Shown: positions 17,211 through 26,439 of the stretch, in pieces
How the letters are laid out: the number at the start of each line of letters is the position of its first letter
How positions within the stretch are numbered: the stretch's first letter is position 1
From: Eubacteriales bacterium
Lineage (GTDB): Bacteria; Bacillota; Clostridia; Oscillospirales; Oscillospiraceae
Length of the DNA: 64,000 bases
Assembly (NCBI GenBank): GCA_030529655.1
Contig: JAUMWJ010000001.1
Coordinates: 1,465-65,464, forward strand
Reading direction: 5' to 3'
The notes under the pieces: generated by a model
Databases searched by the model: none
What the model saw: only the letters and a program-made list of their open reading frames with translations
Told to the model about the DNA's origin: nothing
Translations under genes and position numbers: made by a program

Positions 17211-18796
17211 TGACATATGATTTACTGATACGCGGCGGCACGGTGGTGGATGGCACCGGCAGTGCCGCCTATGGCGCCGATGTGGCGGTAAAAGACAGCA
17301 AAATAGCCGCCATTGGCAATCTGGATGATGTGCAGGCAAAGCGCACCATTGATGCCGATGGCTATTTGGTAACACCCGGCTTTATCGACATCCATCGCCA
17401 TGCTGATGCGGCGGTATTTCGTCCGCATTTCGGCGATTTGGAGCTGTCACAGGGCCTGACCACCATTGTCAACGGCAACTGCGGTCTGTCCGTGGCGCCT
17501 TTCGGCGAGGAAAATAAGGCGGCGATCCTATCCTATCTCCGTCCCATTACCGGCACAGTGCCAACCGACATCTGCACCGACAGCATGGCGGGCTACCTGA
17601 ATCAGCTTCATGACCTGCCCATTCATGTGGGTATGCTGGTAGGTGCCGGCATTTTGCGTGCCGATGCTGCCGGCTATCAGGTGGAGCATCTGGAGAAAAA
17701 ACACTACGATGCCATCCGGGCCTCTCTGGAGCAGGCGCTTGCAGAGGGCGCTTTGGGTGTGTCGCTGGGTTTGGGCTATGCCCCGGAGTGCTTCTATACC
17801 ACCGATGAGCTGATGGAGGCGCTGCGTCCGCTTGCCGGAAAAAACATTCCCGTCACCGTCCATATGCGTCAGGAGGGCGGTGGTGTCTGCGAGGCGCTGG
17901 AGGAAATGCTTACCGTAGCAAAAACGCTGGATATTCCTGTGCATATCAGCCACCTCAAGGCAATGGGCAAGGTAAACTGGGGCAAGAAGATCCCCCGTGC
18001 GCTGCAAATGCTGCAAGATGCCCGTGCAGAGGGATTGAATGTAAGCTGTGATGTGTATCCCTATACGGCCGGTTCCACTCAGCTTTTGCATATCCTGCCG
18101 CCGGATTTTCTCGCCGGCGGATTGGACGCTGTGACGGAGCGGTTGAAAGACGCCGCTGTGCGTCAGAAGCTGGCTGAGCGCATTGAAAGCGGTGAGGGCT
18201 TTGATAATATCGCCGGTCTTGCCGGCTGGGATGGGATTTATCTCACCAGTCTGCACCGTGAAGAAAACCGCATCTATCAGGGCAAGAATCTTGCGGAAAT
18301 TGGGGCTATGATGGGCAAAACACCCCTGGATGCCTGCTGTGATTTACTGGTCAGCGAGCATTGCGAGATCACCATGATCGACTTCATGGCGTCTGAGGAC
18401 GATATTGCCGCCATTTTGTGTGATGAGTGGAGCAATCTCATCTCTGATGCCACCTATCCCACGGAGGGACAGCCGCATCCCCGTGTATACGGCACATTTA
18501 CCCACCTGCTGACGCACTTCGTCCATGAAAAAGGCGTGCTTGGTGTGGAGGAGGCCGTGCATAAGATGACACAGCGTCCGGCGCAGGTGCTGCAAATGGA
18601 AAGAAAGGGTGTGCTGGCAGTTGGCATGGATGCCGACATCAATGTATTTGCGCTCCAAGAGCTTCATGAGCCCGGTACATACGAAAACCCCTGTCAACTG
18701 GCGCAGGGTATGCAATATGTGATCGTTGGCGGCGCTGTGGCACTGGCAAACGGTCAGATCACCGGCATAAAGGCCGGAAAAGTGATAAGGAGGTAA
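17210..18796 (+). CDS. N-acyl-D-amino-acid deacylase (D-aminoacylase) family amidohydrolase
   Basis: DLLIRGGTVVDGTG...PGFIDIHRHAD and NGNCGLSVAP motifs typical of D-aminoacylases. The start overlaps the kinase stop (TGATG). Confidence 0.8.
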   Translation: MTYDLLIRGGTVVDGTGSAAYGADVAVKDSKIAAIGNLDDVQAKRTIDADGYLVTPGFIDIHRHADAAVFRPHFGDLELSQGLTTIVNGNCGLSVAPFGEENKAAILSYLRPITGTVPTDICTDSMAGYLNQLHDLPIHVGMLVGAGILRADAAGYQVEHLEKKHYDAIRASLEQALAEGALGVSLGLGYAPECFYTTDELMEALRPLAGKNIPVTVHMRQEGGGVCEALEEMLTVAKTLDIPVHISHLKAMGKVNWGKKIPRALQMLQDARAEGLNVSCDVYPYTAGSTQLLHILPPDFLAGGLDAVTERLKDAAVRQKLAERIESGEGFDNIAGLAGWDGIYLTSLHREENRIYQGKNLAEIGAMMGKTPLDACCDLLVSEHCEITMIDFMASEDDIAAILCDEWSNLISDATYPTEGQPHPRVYGTFTHLLTHFVHEKGVLGVEEAVHKMTQRPAQVLQMERKGVLAVGMDADINVFALQELHEPGTYENPCQLAQGMQYVIVGGAVALANGQITGIKAGKVIRR

Positions 18797-18805
18797 GGAA
18801 ACCGA

Positions 18806-20008
18806 ATGGATATGATGGAACAGGGTGAGCTGATTGCCCTTTGTCAGGATTTGCTTGCCACACGCAGCTATTCCGGCGAGGAAAAAGCGGTGGCGGATCT
18901 GATGTTGTCCTTTATGCGTGCCAAGAAATTCGACATGGCCTATACGGATGAATACGGCAATGTGCTGGGCTGCATCTGTGGTAAACGCCCCGGCAAGCGC
19001 ATTTTGTTTGATGGTCATATTGACACCGTCCGTGCCGACAATGTAAGCGACTGGCACCATGACCCCTTTGGTTCGGAGATGGACGGTGGCCGTATTTACG
19101 GCCGGGGCGCTACCGATATGAAAGGCGCTGTGGCGGCGTTCCTGTTCGCGGTGGAACGCTTTGCCCGTCTGACAAACCGTGATTTTGCCGGTGAGATCTG
19201 GGTGGCCGGTGTGGTGCATGAGGAGTGTTTTGAGGGCGTGTCCGCTCGCAAGATCAGCGCCGCCGTAAAGCCGGATCTTGTGGTTATCGGCGAAGCATCG
19301 GAAATGAATATCAAGTGTTCTCAGCGTGGCCGCGCGGAAATTTTGCTCGAAACCTACGGCGTACCCTGCCATAGCTCCAACCCCGAAAAGGGTGTTAATG
19401 CGGTGTATGCCGCCTGCCGTATCATTGACCGTTTCCGTGCTCTGCCGCCTGTTGAGCAGGAGGGGATGTTCGGCAAGGGTATCATGGAACTGACCGATAT
19501 GAAATCCGAGCCCTATCCCGGCGCATCGGTGGTACCTCACTATTGCCGCGTCACCTTTGACCGCCGCCTGTTAGTGGGCGAAACTCGGGAGAGTGTATTG
19601 GCCCCCTTGCAGGCCATTATCGACGAGATGATGCAGGAGGATCCTACGCTGAAAGCCAAGGTGTCCTTCACCGCAGGCGAGGAGAAGTGCTATACCGGCG
19701 CCACCATTGCGGCCGATCGGTTTTTCCCGGCATGGCGTGTCCCTACCGACAGCGATTTCGTGCAGGCGATCTACAAGGCCGTGTGCGATATGGGCTATCA
19801 GCCCCGGCTTACCGGCTACAGCTTCTGTACCAATGGCAGTCACTATGCCGGTGAGGCAGGGATTCCCTGTATCGGTATTGGTCCCAGTCGGGAAAATCTG
19901 GCGCATACGGTGGATGAATACATTGAGGTAAAGGAACTGCTGGACATCAGCCGCTATGATACGGCTGTGCTCAACGCCATGATGGATCCCGTAACTGCCA
20001 TTGATTGA
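18806..20008 (+). CDS. M20 metallohydrolase, YgeY/ArgE/DapE-like
   Basis: GHIDTV, RGATDMKG and GEASE motifs. Its SD (AGGAGG) is embedded in the last codons of the upstream gene. Confidence 0.8.
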   Translation: MDMMEQGELIALCQDLLATRSYSGEEKAVADLMLSFMRAKKFDMAYTDEYGNVLGCICGKRPGKRILFDGHIDTVRADNVSDWHHDPFGSEMDGGRIYGRGATDMKGAVAAFLFAVERFARLTNRDFAGEIWVAGVVHEECFEGVSARKISAAVKPDLVVIGEASEMNIKCSQRGRAEILLETYGVPCHSSNPEKGVNAVYAACRIIDRFRALPPVEQEGMFGKGIMELTDMKSEPYPGASVVPHYCRVTFDRRLLVGETRESVLAPLQAIIDEMMQEDPTLKAKVSFTAGEEKCYTGATIAADRFFPAWRVPTDSDFVQAIYKAVCDMGYQPRLTGYSFCTNGSHYAGEAGIPCIGIGPSRENLAHTVDEYIEVKELLDISRYDTAVLNAMMDPVTAID

Positions 20009-20018
20009 GGTAAATCAT

Positions 20019-20777
20019 ATGTTGCAACAACTGATAGATATTGTGCGCCGCGCCGGCGAGTTGATTTGTAATGCCCGTGATATTGAAAAGGATACCCACG
20101 AAAAGACGGGTGCTTCCGATCTGGTCACGAAATACGATGTGGCGGTGCAGGCGTTTTTGAAAAAGGAACTGCTGGCCCTTGTGCCTGAAGCGGACTTCCT
20201 CGGCGAGGAGGGTGAGCACGATACGCTGACCAAGCCGTGGGTATTCGTGGTCGACCCCATTGACGGCACAACAAATTTCGTCCGCAATATGTTCTATAGC
20301 AATATTGCCGTGGCGCTGGTGCATGAGGGCAGCGTGGAGTACGGCGTGGTGTATAATCCGTTTACCGATGAGTTGTTTTCTGCCAAGCGGGGCGGCGGTG
20401 CGTATCTGAACGGCCGCCCCATCCATGTCAGCGATCATGATATGGCCCATGCTATCACCATGTGCGGCTCTACCATTTATGACCGCAGCTATACAGATCG
20501 CTCTTTTGCTCTTATGCGTCAGCTTTATGATTTGGGATTGGACTTCCGCCGTTTCGGCTCGGCGGAGCTGGATGTGTGTTATGTGGCCTGCGGCCGTGTG
20601 GAGGTGTTTTTTGAGTGCCGCCTCAATCCGTGGGATTTTGCCGCCGGCAGTTTGATCCTTACTGAGGCAGGCGGCAGCATCACCCGACTGGACGGCAGCC
20701 CCATTGATCCCTGCTGTGCCGGCTCTGTGTGGGCGACTAACGGTATTTGCCATGAAGTGCTGTCCTTATTGCACTGA
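20019..20777 (+). CDS. suhB: Inositol monophosphatase family protein (SuhB-like)
   Basis: GEEG, DPIDGTTNF and WDFAAG motifs. ATG at 20019 with a GAGGT RBS is preferred over TTG at 20001. Confidence 0.85.
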   Translation: MLQQLIDIVRRAGELICNARDIEKDTHEKTGASDLVTKYDVAVQAFLKKELLALVPEADFLGEEGEHDTLTKPWVFVVDPIDGTTNFVRNMFYSNIAVALVHEGSVEYGVVYNPFTDELFSAKRGGGAYLNGRPIHVSDHDMAHAITMCGSTIYDRSYTDRSFALMRQLYDLGLDFRRFGSAELDVCYVACGRVEVFFECRLNPWDFAAGSLILTEAGGSITRLDGSPIDPCCAGSVWATNGICHEVLSLLH

Positions 20778-20815
20778 AAAAAGGTCTGGCTTGGGTGCCC
20801 AAGCCAGACCTTTTC
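20778..20815. terminator. Bidirectional terminator
   Basis: AAAAGGTCTGGCTTGGG / CCCAAGCCAGACCTTTT, a 17-bp stem. Confidence 0.9.
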
Positions 20816-20817
20816 GC

Positions 20818-21741
20818 TTATTGTTTGGTTGTTTGATTGGCCCAGTATACGCATACCAGAATGATCGCCACACCCAGCACCTGCCAGAGTCCGAACGGCT
20901 CTTTTAGCAAGATCACGCCTGCCAACACGGAAACTACCGTGGTCACATTGCTGAAAATGGATGCTTCCGACACGGATACATGTGCGTTGGTATAATTCAG
21001 CAGCGAGTAGGCCACCAGTGAAGAAAGTACACCCAAAAAAATGACGGCTGCCCAAAAGGCACTGCTGTGAATGGCAGGTAAAAATGCCCCGCCCAGATCA
21101 CCTATGTTCTGGATCAGTGCAGCCGGCACGAATACCACCATACCCACGGTGAACATGACATAAGTAACCTCCAATGGCCGGAATTGTTTGCCGGCCTTGT
21201 GGCTCAGGGCGTAGTAGGTCACATCGCAGGCCACGGTCAGCACGAGGAACAGCATACCTAACCAGGAAATCTTGACTTCGCCGCCCAGATCCACCAACAG
21301 CACACCGCCTACGCATAACAGAGCGCACAGCACCTGCCGCAGACGCACTCCTTCGCGCAAAATCAGCACATCCACCAGAATACACATCACCGGTACCACC
21401 GCAATAATAGTTCCTGCCACGGCGGAGGAGGTGTAGAGAATCCCGTAGCTTTCAAAGATGAAATATAGCGTGGGCTGCGCGATACCCAGCAGCACCAGAG
21501 AGCCGATGGGCTTACCACGCAGGGAAAAAGCGAACAGCGGCTTGCCTCGGAGCTTGCCGATCAGCGCATTCACGCCGATCAGCAGCGTCATCACCACGAA
21601 GGAGGCACTGAATCGAAAGGCCAACAGCACGGTAGGTGCTGCCACATCCAATGCCATTTTGGAAAACATAAAGCTGAAGCCGAAGATGGTGGATGCCGCC
21701 AGTGCTGCCAGCAATGCCCGCTTATGTGTTTTTTGATTCAT
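20818..21741 (-). CDS. EamA/DMT-family transporter
   Basis: 307 aa, about 10 TM, two EamA-like halves. Confidence 0.8.
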   Translation of the reverse strand: MNQKTHKRALLAALAASTIFGFSFMFSKMALDVAAPTVLLAFRFSASFVVMTLLIGVNALIGKLRGKPLFAFSLRGKPIGSLVLLGIAQPTLYFIFESYGILYTSSAVAGTIIAVVPVMCILVDVLILREGVRLRQVLCALLCVGGVLLVDLGGEVKISWLGMLFLVLTVACDVTYYALSHKAGKQFRPLEVTYVMFTVGMVVFVPAALIQNIGDLGGAFLPAIHSSAFWAAVIFLGVLSSLVAYSLLNYTNAHVSVSEASIFSNVTTVVSVLAGVILLKEPFGLWQVLGVAIILVCVYWANQTTKQ

Positions 21742-21772
21742 AGTAAGTCCTCATTTTGTACATATTTAATTT

Positions 21773-21801
21773 ACTATACCATTGATTCCCATTTCTGGCA
21801 A
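21773..21801 (-). promoter_or_regulatory. Candidate promoter of the EamA gene
   Basis: Minus strand: TTGCCA-17 nt-TATAGT. Confidence 0.5.
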
Positions 21802-21867
21802 GAAATACAGGCATTTTTTCTTGCCCGCGGCATATACTATCCGGTACGAAAAAAGGAGGGTTTGCAA

Positions 21868-21939
21868 ATGGAACCGTGGAAATCAATGGATGTCGATGAT
21901 TTGATCTATCAGGATGAATGGGTCATCAGTCAGCGATAA
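21868..21939 (+). CDS. Candidate 23-aa micro-ORF (MEPWKSMDVDDLIYQDEWVISQR)
   Basis: AAAGGAGGG SD 8 nt upstream of the ATG. Terminator about 40 nt downstream. No convincing promoter found. Confidence 0.3.
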   Translation: MEPWKSMDVDDLIYQDEWVISQR

Positions 21940-21977
21940 AATGTGGATTTTGTGTACCAAACACACTTCGCGTATGC

Positions 21978-22010
21978 AAAAAAAAAGACCGCTTTTGGCG
22001 GTCTTTTTTT
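21978..22010. terminator. Bidirectional terminator (end of the pyrophosphatase gene)
   Basis: AAAAAAAGACCGC / GCGGTCTTTTTTT. Confidence 0.9.
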
Positions 22011-22021
22011 GTATACGGTTT

Positions 22022-23632
22022 TCAGCCCCACAGGGCGGTAAGCATGGGAATGATCTGTTTTTTGCGGGACATCACGCCCGGCAAAAAGACGGTGTTGCCC
22101 TTTGGCTCCACGTCGAAAGCCCGGCGAATGGTGTCATCATTGCCGACAAACAGCAGCTGCGAGCCCTCTTTCAGCACATCCGTCAGCATCAGGATCGTCA
22201 TGTCGTAGCTGTGCTCTTTTTGTGCCCGTTCCATCACCGTGAAGAATTCATCCTTCCGTTCAAGCATCTTCATAGAGTCTGTGCAGGTGATCTGACCTAC
22301 ACCCAGTACCTGACCGGCGATGTGGAATTCCTTAAAGTCGCTTCGCAGCAGCTCAGCGGCCGACTTATGCTCTGTGACATCGACGGAGAACAGATCCCGC
22401 CCCAGATCCTCCAGAGAAATGTGGGCAATGCGCGCCAAACGCTCTGCCATCGCAATATCGCGAGGTGTGCAGGTGGGCGACTTGAACATTACCGTGTCGG
22501 ACAGTATGGCGGCGGCCATCAATCCGGCCATGTTAGGCGAGGGCATGACGCCATGCTCTTGGAACATACCGGTGATAATGGTCGTGGTACTGCCCACCGG
22601 CTCATTTCGCATCCGTACCGGCTGTGAGGTTTGAATATCGGCCAGACGGTGGTGATCGATGATCTCCAGAATATCGGCCTGTTCCAATCCGGCCACCGCC
22701 TGGGACATTTCGTTGTGATCCACCAGCACCACACGCTTACGGCGCGGACGCAGCAGGTGGTAGCGTGATAGCGTACCCACCACGCGCTCGTTCTCGTCCA
22801 GCACCGGATAGCAGCGGAAACGGCTTTCCAGCACAACCTCTTTTACATCGTCAATGTAGTCATCCAGATGAAAGCAGACAAGATTTTCCGTGTGGCAGGG
22901 ACGGGCAATGGGAATTGCCTGATAGATCAGCCGTGATACACGGCTGGCGTCAAAGGGCGTGGAAATGATGCAGGTGCTGCCGGCATTCTCCAGCCATTGG
23001 GGCTCCACTTCGCACTGGCACAGGATAATGGCGCTCACGCCGACTTCCAGCGCGCGTCGTATCATATCCGGCTGACTGCCGCACAGCACGATGGTATCGG
23101 GAGAGGAAAACTGCAGACTGTCGCAGGTTTGCGGCAATGCAATGCAAATGTTGCCGGACAGCGTTTGCACCATATCGCCATCGCTGACAATACGACCCTC
23201 CAGAACGCTGAGCAGATTGAACAGCGGCACTTCATCCACATGGGGATTGCTGATGGTCATCATGCTGTAGGTGGCAATATCGCCGGCGGACAGAGTGCCG
23301 TACAAGGTGCCGTCCTCGTTCGCCACCGGAATGACGGAGATCCGCTGTTCGCGCATCGTGTGCCAGGCGCGATCCATAGTGACGCTGGCATTCAGAGCCG
23401 GGGGCGTATCATAGTCCAGATCCTGTACCTGAGTACGCACATTTTTCACAAGATGGGGAGCGTTAAAATGGAAGCGATCCAGCATACGGCGTGTTTCATC
23501 GCTGACCTGCCCCAATCGGGCAGCCACATACTCACGATCACCCAGCGCATTGCGCAGCGCGGCATAAGCCATGGAAGCCACAATGGAATCGGTGTCCGGA
23601 TTGCGGTGACCGACCACAAAGATCTCGTTCAT
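22022..23632 (-). CDS. CBS-domain family II inorganic pyrophosphatase (DHH-CBS-DRTGG-DHHA2)
   Basis: N-terminal HRNPDTDS. A CBS pair is inserted. VLVDHNE and IIDHHR motifs, followed by a DHHA2 tail. Confidence 0.8.
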   Translation of the reverse strand: MNEIFVVGHRNPDTDSIVASMAYAALRNALGDREYVAARLGQVSDETRRMLDRFHFNAPHLVKNVRTQVQDLDYDTPPALNASVTMDRAWHTMREQRISVIPVANEDGTLYGTLSAGDIATYSMMTISNPHVDEVPLFNLLSVLEGRIVSDGDMVQTLSGNICIALPQTCDSLQFSSPDTIVLCGSQPDMIRRALEVGVSAIILCQCEVEPQWLENAGSTCIISTPFDASRVSRLIYQAIPIARPCHTENLVCFHLDDYIDDVKEVVLESRFRCYPVLDENERVVGTLSRYHLLRPRRKRVVLVDHNEMSQAVAGLEQADILEIIDHHRLADIQTSQPVRMRNEPVGSTTTIITGMFQEHGVMPSPNMAGLMAAAILSDTVMFKSPTCTPRDIAMAERLARIAHISLEDLGRDLFSVDVTEHKSAAELLRSDFKEFHIAGQVLGVGQITCTDSMKMLERKDEFFTVMERAQKEHSYDMTILMLTDVLKEGSQLLFVGNDDTIRRAFDVEPKGNTVFLPGVMSRKKQIIPMLTALWG

Positions 23633-23683
23633 AAGTTGCTCCTATTCTCCGCCTATCTGATGGTAAAAATCAGCGGTAGTTAA

Positions 23684-23702
23684 TGATAAAATTATTTTAT
23701 CA
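23684..23702. promoter_or_regulatory. 19-bp perfect palindrome upstream of the pyrophosphatase gene
   Basis: TGATAAAAT-T-ATTTTATCA, about 50-70 nt upstream of the start codon. Confidence 0.3.
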
Positions 23703-23751
23703 AAGCCAATAGGGAAAAACAAGCCGTTTTATTGCCAAAAAAATAAGCATT

Positions 23752-24744
23752 TTATGCGGCATTTTTGGCCCAGGTGTTATTCACCAGGCGGTTGAAATCC
23801 ACCCACTCGCTGCTTGGAAGCTCGCCGGCGTGTTCCATGACCTTCTCCAGATTCAAGAGTGCCTGTTCCTCCAGAACCGGTGTCAGCTTCCACGCGTCGA
23901 TAGCGCGATGACGTGCCGTTACAGTTTCCAACACGCTGATGTCGGTGTCGGGGAACTGGTCGGCGATCGCCTCGGCTACTTCACGGTCGCTGTGCTCGGC
24001 CACCCATTGCTGTGCTCGTGCAATGGCGTTGGTAAAGCCCTGCATCACATCAGGATGCTCCGCCATATAGCTTTGCGAAGCGAAATAGGCGGTGTAGGGC
24101 ACCTCGCCGGTGGCCTCACCGATGGAGCAGAGGATATAACCCTGACCGGCCTCCACGACTTCCGTAGCGGTCGGCTCAAACAGCGTCACATAGTCGCCGT
24201 TACCGCCGGTGAATGCCCCTGCCATCATGTTGAACTGCACGGATGTGTCCACCACTGCGTCCACATGGGGCTTTACGCCGTTATGGTCCATCACATATTC
24301 CAACGTCATTTCCGGCATACCGCCTGCGCGACCGCCGATGATGGTTTTTCCCTTAAGATTTTCCCAGCGGAAATCCTCATTGGTGCGCCCCACTAAGAAC
24401 GAACCGTCCCGTTTGGTAAGCTGAGCGAACAGCATGGGATAGTCCTCTTTGCCCTGGTTGTAGACATAGATGCAGGCCTCTGCGCCGGCCAGACCGATGT
24501 CGACCTGACCGGATACCACGGCGGTCATGACTTTGTCGGCGCCGCCGCCGTTGGTCAGCTCCACATTCAGTCCTTCCTCGGCAAAAAACCCCTGACTAAT
24601 GGCCACATATTGCGGCGCATAGAATACGGAGTGCGTCACTTCGCTAAGACGCACGGTGACAAGATCTGACTTGCTGCCGCAGCCGCAAAGCAGCAGTGGC
24701 AGCAAAAGACACGGCAAAAGGAAACAAGCGAGAATTTTTTTCAT
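23752..24744 (-). CDS. ABC transporter substrate-binding lipoprotein, NMT1/THI5 (NitT/TauT) type
   Basis: Lipobox LLCGCG. SsuA/THI5-like fold motifs. ATGA overlap with the permease stop. Confidence 0.75.
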   Translation of the reverse strand: MKKILACFLLPCLLLPLLLCGCGSKSDLVTVRLSEVTHSVFYAPQYVAISQGFFAEEGLNVELTNGGGADKVMTAVVSGQVDIGLAGAEACIYVYNQGKEDYPMLFAQLTKRDGSFLVGRTNEDFRWENLKGKTIIGGRAGGMPEMTLEYVMDHNGVKPHVDAVVDTSVQFNMMAGAFTGGNGDYVTLFEPTATEVVEAGQGYILCSIGEATGEVPYTAYFASQSYMAEHPDVMQGFTNAIARAQQWVAEHSDREVAEAIADQFPDTDISVLETVTARHRAIDAWKLTPVLEEQALLNLEKVMEHAGELPSSEWVDFNRLVNNTWAKNAA

Positions 24745-25556
24745 GGCATTACCCCCAGAAAATGATTGATTATTTTTTCCACCCACAGCACCAGGGCGTA
24801 CATGACCACAGCGGCAGCGGCAAGGAGCAACACGCTGGTCATGACCAGATCCATGTTAAACACCTGCGAGCCGTAGACGATCAGATACCCCAAACCGGCG
24901 CGTGAAACGAGGAACTCACCCATAATGACGCCCACCCACGAAAGTCCCACATTGACCTTCAGCGTACCCAGTAGTGTGGCGTAGTTGGCAGGGAACACCA
25001 ACATCCAGAGAATCTGATGCCGTGAAGCGCCCAAGGTACGCATCAGGCGGATCTTTTCTGTTTCTGTGGCCATAAAGCCCTGATACATATTCAAAATGGT
25101 CACGATCAGGGAAATGGCCAGCGTCATCACGATAATAGAGCCGATACCGGCACCCATCCAAACGATAAAGATGGGCCCCAGCGCTGTTTTGGGCAATGCG
25201 TTGAGCACCACCAGATACGGATCAAGGATCCGTGACAGCGAGTCAGACCACCACATGGCAATGGCAACAGCCGTGCCAAGGAGTGTACCCAGAGTGAACC
25301 CCACTACTGTTTCCAGACATGAAGTGCCGATATGCAGCCATAGATCGCCGCTTTGGCAAAGATTGATGAAGGTGACGGCCATGCGGCTGGGACTGCTGAT
25401 AAGGAAGCCGTCAGTCAAGCCCACACGGGTGACAAGCTCCCATACACCAAACAAGGCCGCAAGCAGGGCGAACTGCCAGACACGGATTTTGCGTTTACGG
25501 CGCCGTTGTGCAAGCAGATAGGCCCTGCGCTGAGGGGAAGGAGATTGCTCATTCAT
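24741..25556 (-). CDS. ABC transporter permease (NitT/TauT family)
   Basis: Six-TM BPD-type permease. Start MNEQSP overlaps the ATPase stop by 8 nt. Confidence 0.8.
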   Translation of the reverse strand: MNEQSPSPQRRAYLLAQRRRKRKIRVWQFALLAALFGVWELVTRVGLTDGFLISSPSRMAVTFINLCQSGDLWLHIGTSCLETVVGFTLGTLLGTAVAIAMWWSDSLSRILDPYLVVLNALPKTALGPIFIVWMGAGIGSIIVMTLAISLIVTILNMYQGFMATETEKIRLMRTLGASRHQILWMLVFPANYATLLGTLKVNVGLSWVGVIMGEFLVSRAGLGYLIVYGSQVFNMDLVMTSVLLLAAAAVVMYALVLWVEKIINHFLGVMP

Positions 25557-26313
25557 GAATATCCAGCTCCCTCCATATTTGATTAAAAAATGTGTGAAAT
25601 GCTGCTGTGTCGCGCCGTGCCATGGGATCAAGCTGCCGCAGGGCACCCATGTCACATACGGTTTTCACAACAGCGGGTCGGTGGGAGAGCACCACCACCC
25701 GATCGGAAACGCTGATGGCCTCGGCGATGTCGTGTGTGACCAGCAGCGCGGTTTTGTGCTCTTGGCGAATGATGCGGTAAATATCAGCCGAAACAGACAG
25801 CCGCGTCTGGTAGTCCAGCGCGGAGAACGGCTCATCCAGCAGCAAAATACGGGGCTGCGATGATAGGGTACGAATCAGCGCACAGCGCTGACGCATACCG
25901 CCGGATAATTGGCTAGGCCGTTTGTCGGCAAAAGACTCCAGCCCATAACGCTGCAGCAGGTCGCGCACATGGGATAACCGCTCCGGCGTGGCAGCGTGTC
26001 GAATGGCAAGGGGCAAAGTCACATTGTCCCAAATGCTTTTCCACTCAAATAACTGATCTCGCTGGGGCATAAAGGCGATACGGCTTGACGGCTCTGAGAC
26101 GGTCACACCGTCCACCTCGATGGAGCCGCCGGATAACGGTTCCAATCCCGCGATAGCGGCAAGTAAAGTGGATTTGCCGCAGCCGGACGGCCCGACAATA
26201 CTGACAAATTCGCCCTCCTCCATATCAAAGGATATGTCACGCAGCGCTTCTACCTCACCGTCCGGTGATTGATATGTCAATGCGGCGTTTCGGATTTGGA
26301 TCATCATGCCCAT
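25549..26313 (-). CDS. ABC transporter ATP-binding protein (NitT/TauT family)
   Basis: Walker A GPSGCGKST, signature LSGGMRQR, Walker B LLLDEP. Confidence 0.9.
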   Translation of the reverse strand: MGMMIQIRNAALTYQSPDGEVEALRDISFDMEEGEFVSIVGPSGCGKSTLLAAIAGLEPLSGGSIEVDGVTVSEPSSRIAFMPQRDQLFEWKSIWDNVTLPLAIRHAATPERLSHVRDLLQRYGLESFADKRPSQLSGGMRQRCALIRTLSSQPRILLLDEPFSALDYQTRLSVSADIYRIIRQEHKTALLVTHDIAEAISVSDRVVVLSHRPAVVKTVCDMGALRQLDPMARRDTAAFHTFFNQIWRELDIHE

Positions 26314-26391
26314 TCCTACCTCCTTTGACTTATTTGTTTGAGAGAATTACTCTCCGAAGTCATTATATGTGTAAGGCAGGACGGTGGTAAC

Positions 26392-26425
26392 AAAAAAGGG
26401 ACTGCTTGCCGTGGCAAGCAGTCCT
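26392..26425 (-). terminator. Terminator after the DUF4015-like gene
   Basis: Minus strand: GGACTGCTTGCC / GGCAAGCAGTCC followed by T6. Confidence 0.85.
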
Positions 26426-26439
26426 ATGTAAAGTAAAAG

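Noticed and set aside
21914-22627. A 237-aa plus-strand ORF opposite the pyrophosphatase gene.
   Set aside because: It is antisense to a well-supported CBS-PPase gene, starts inside a terminator region and has no RBS.
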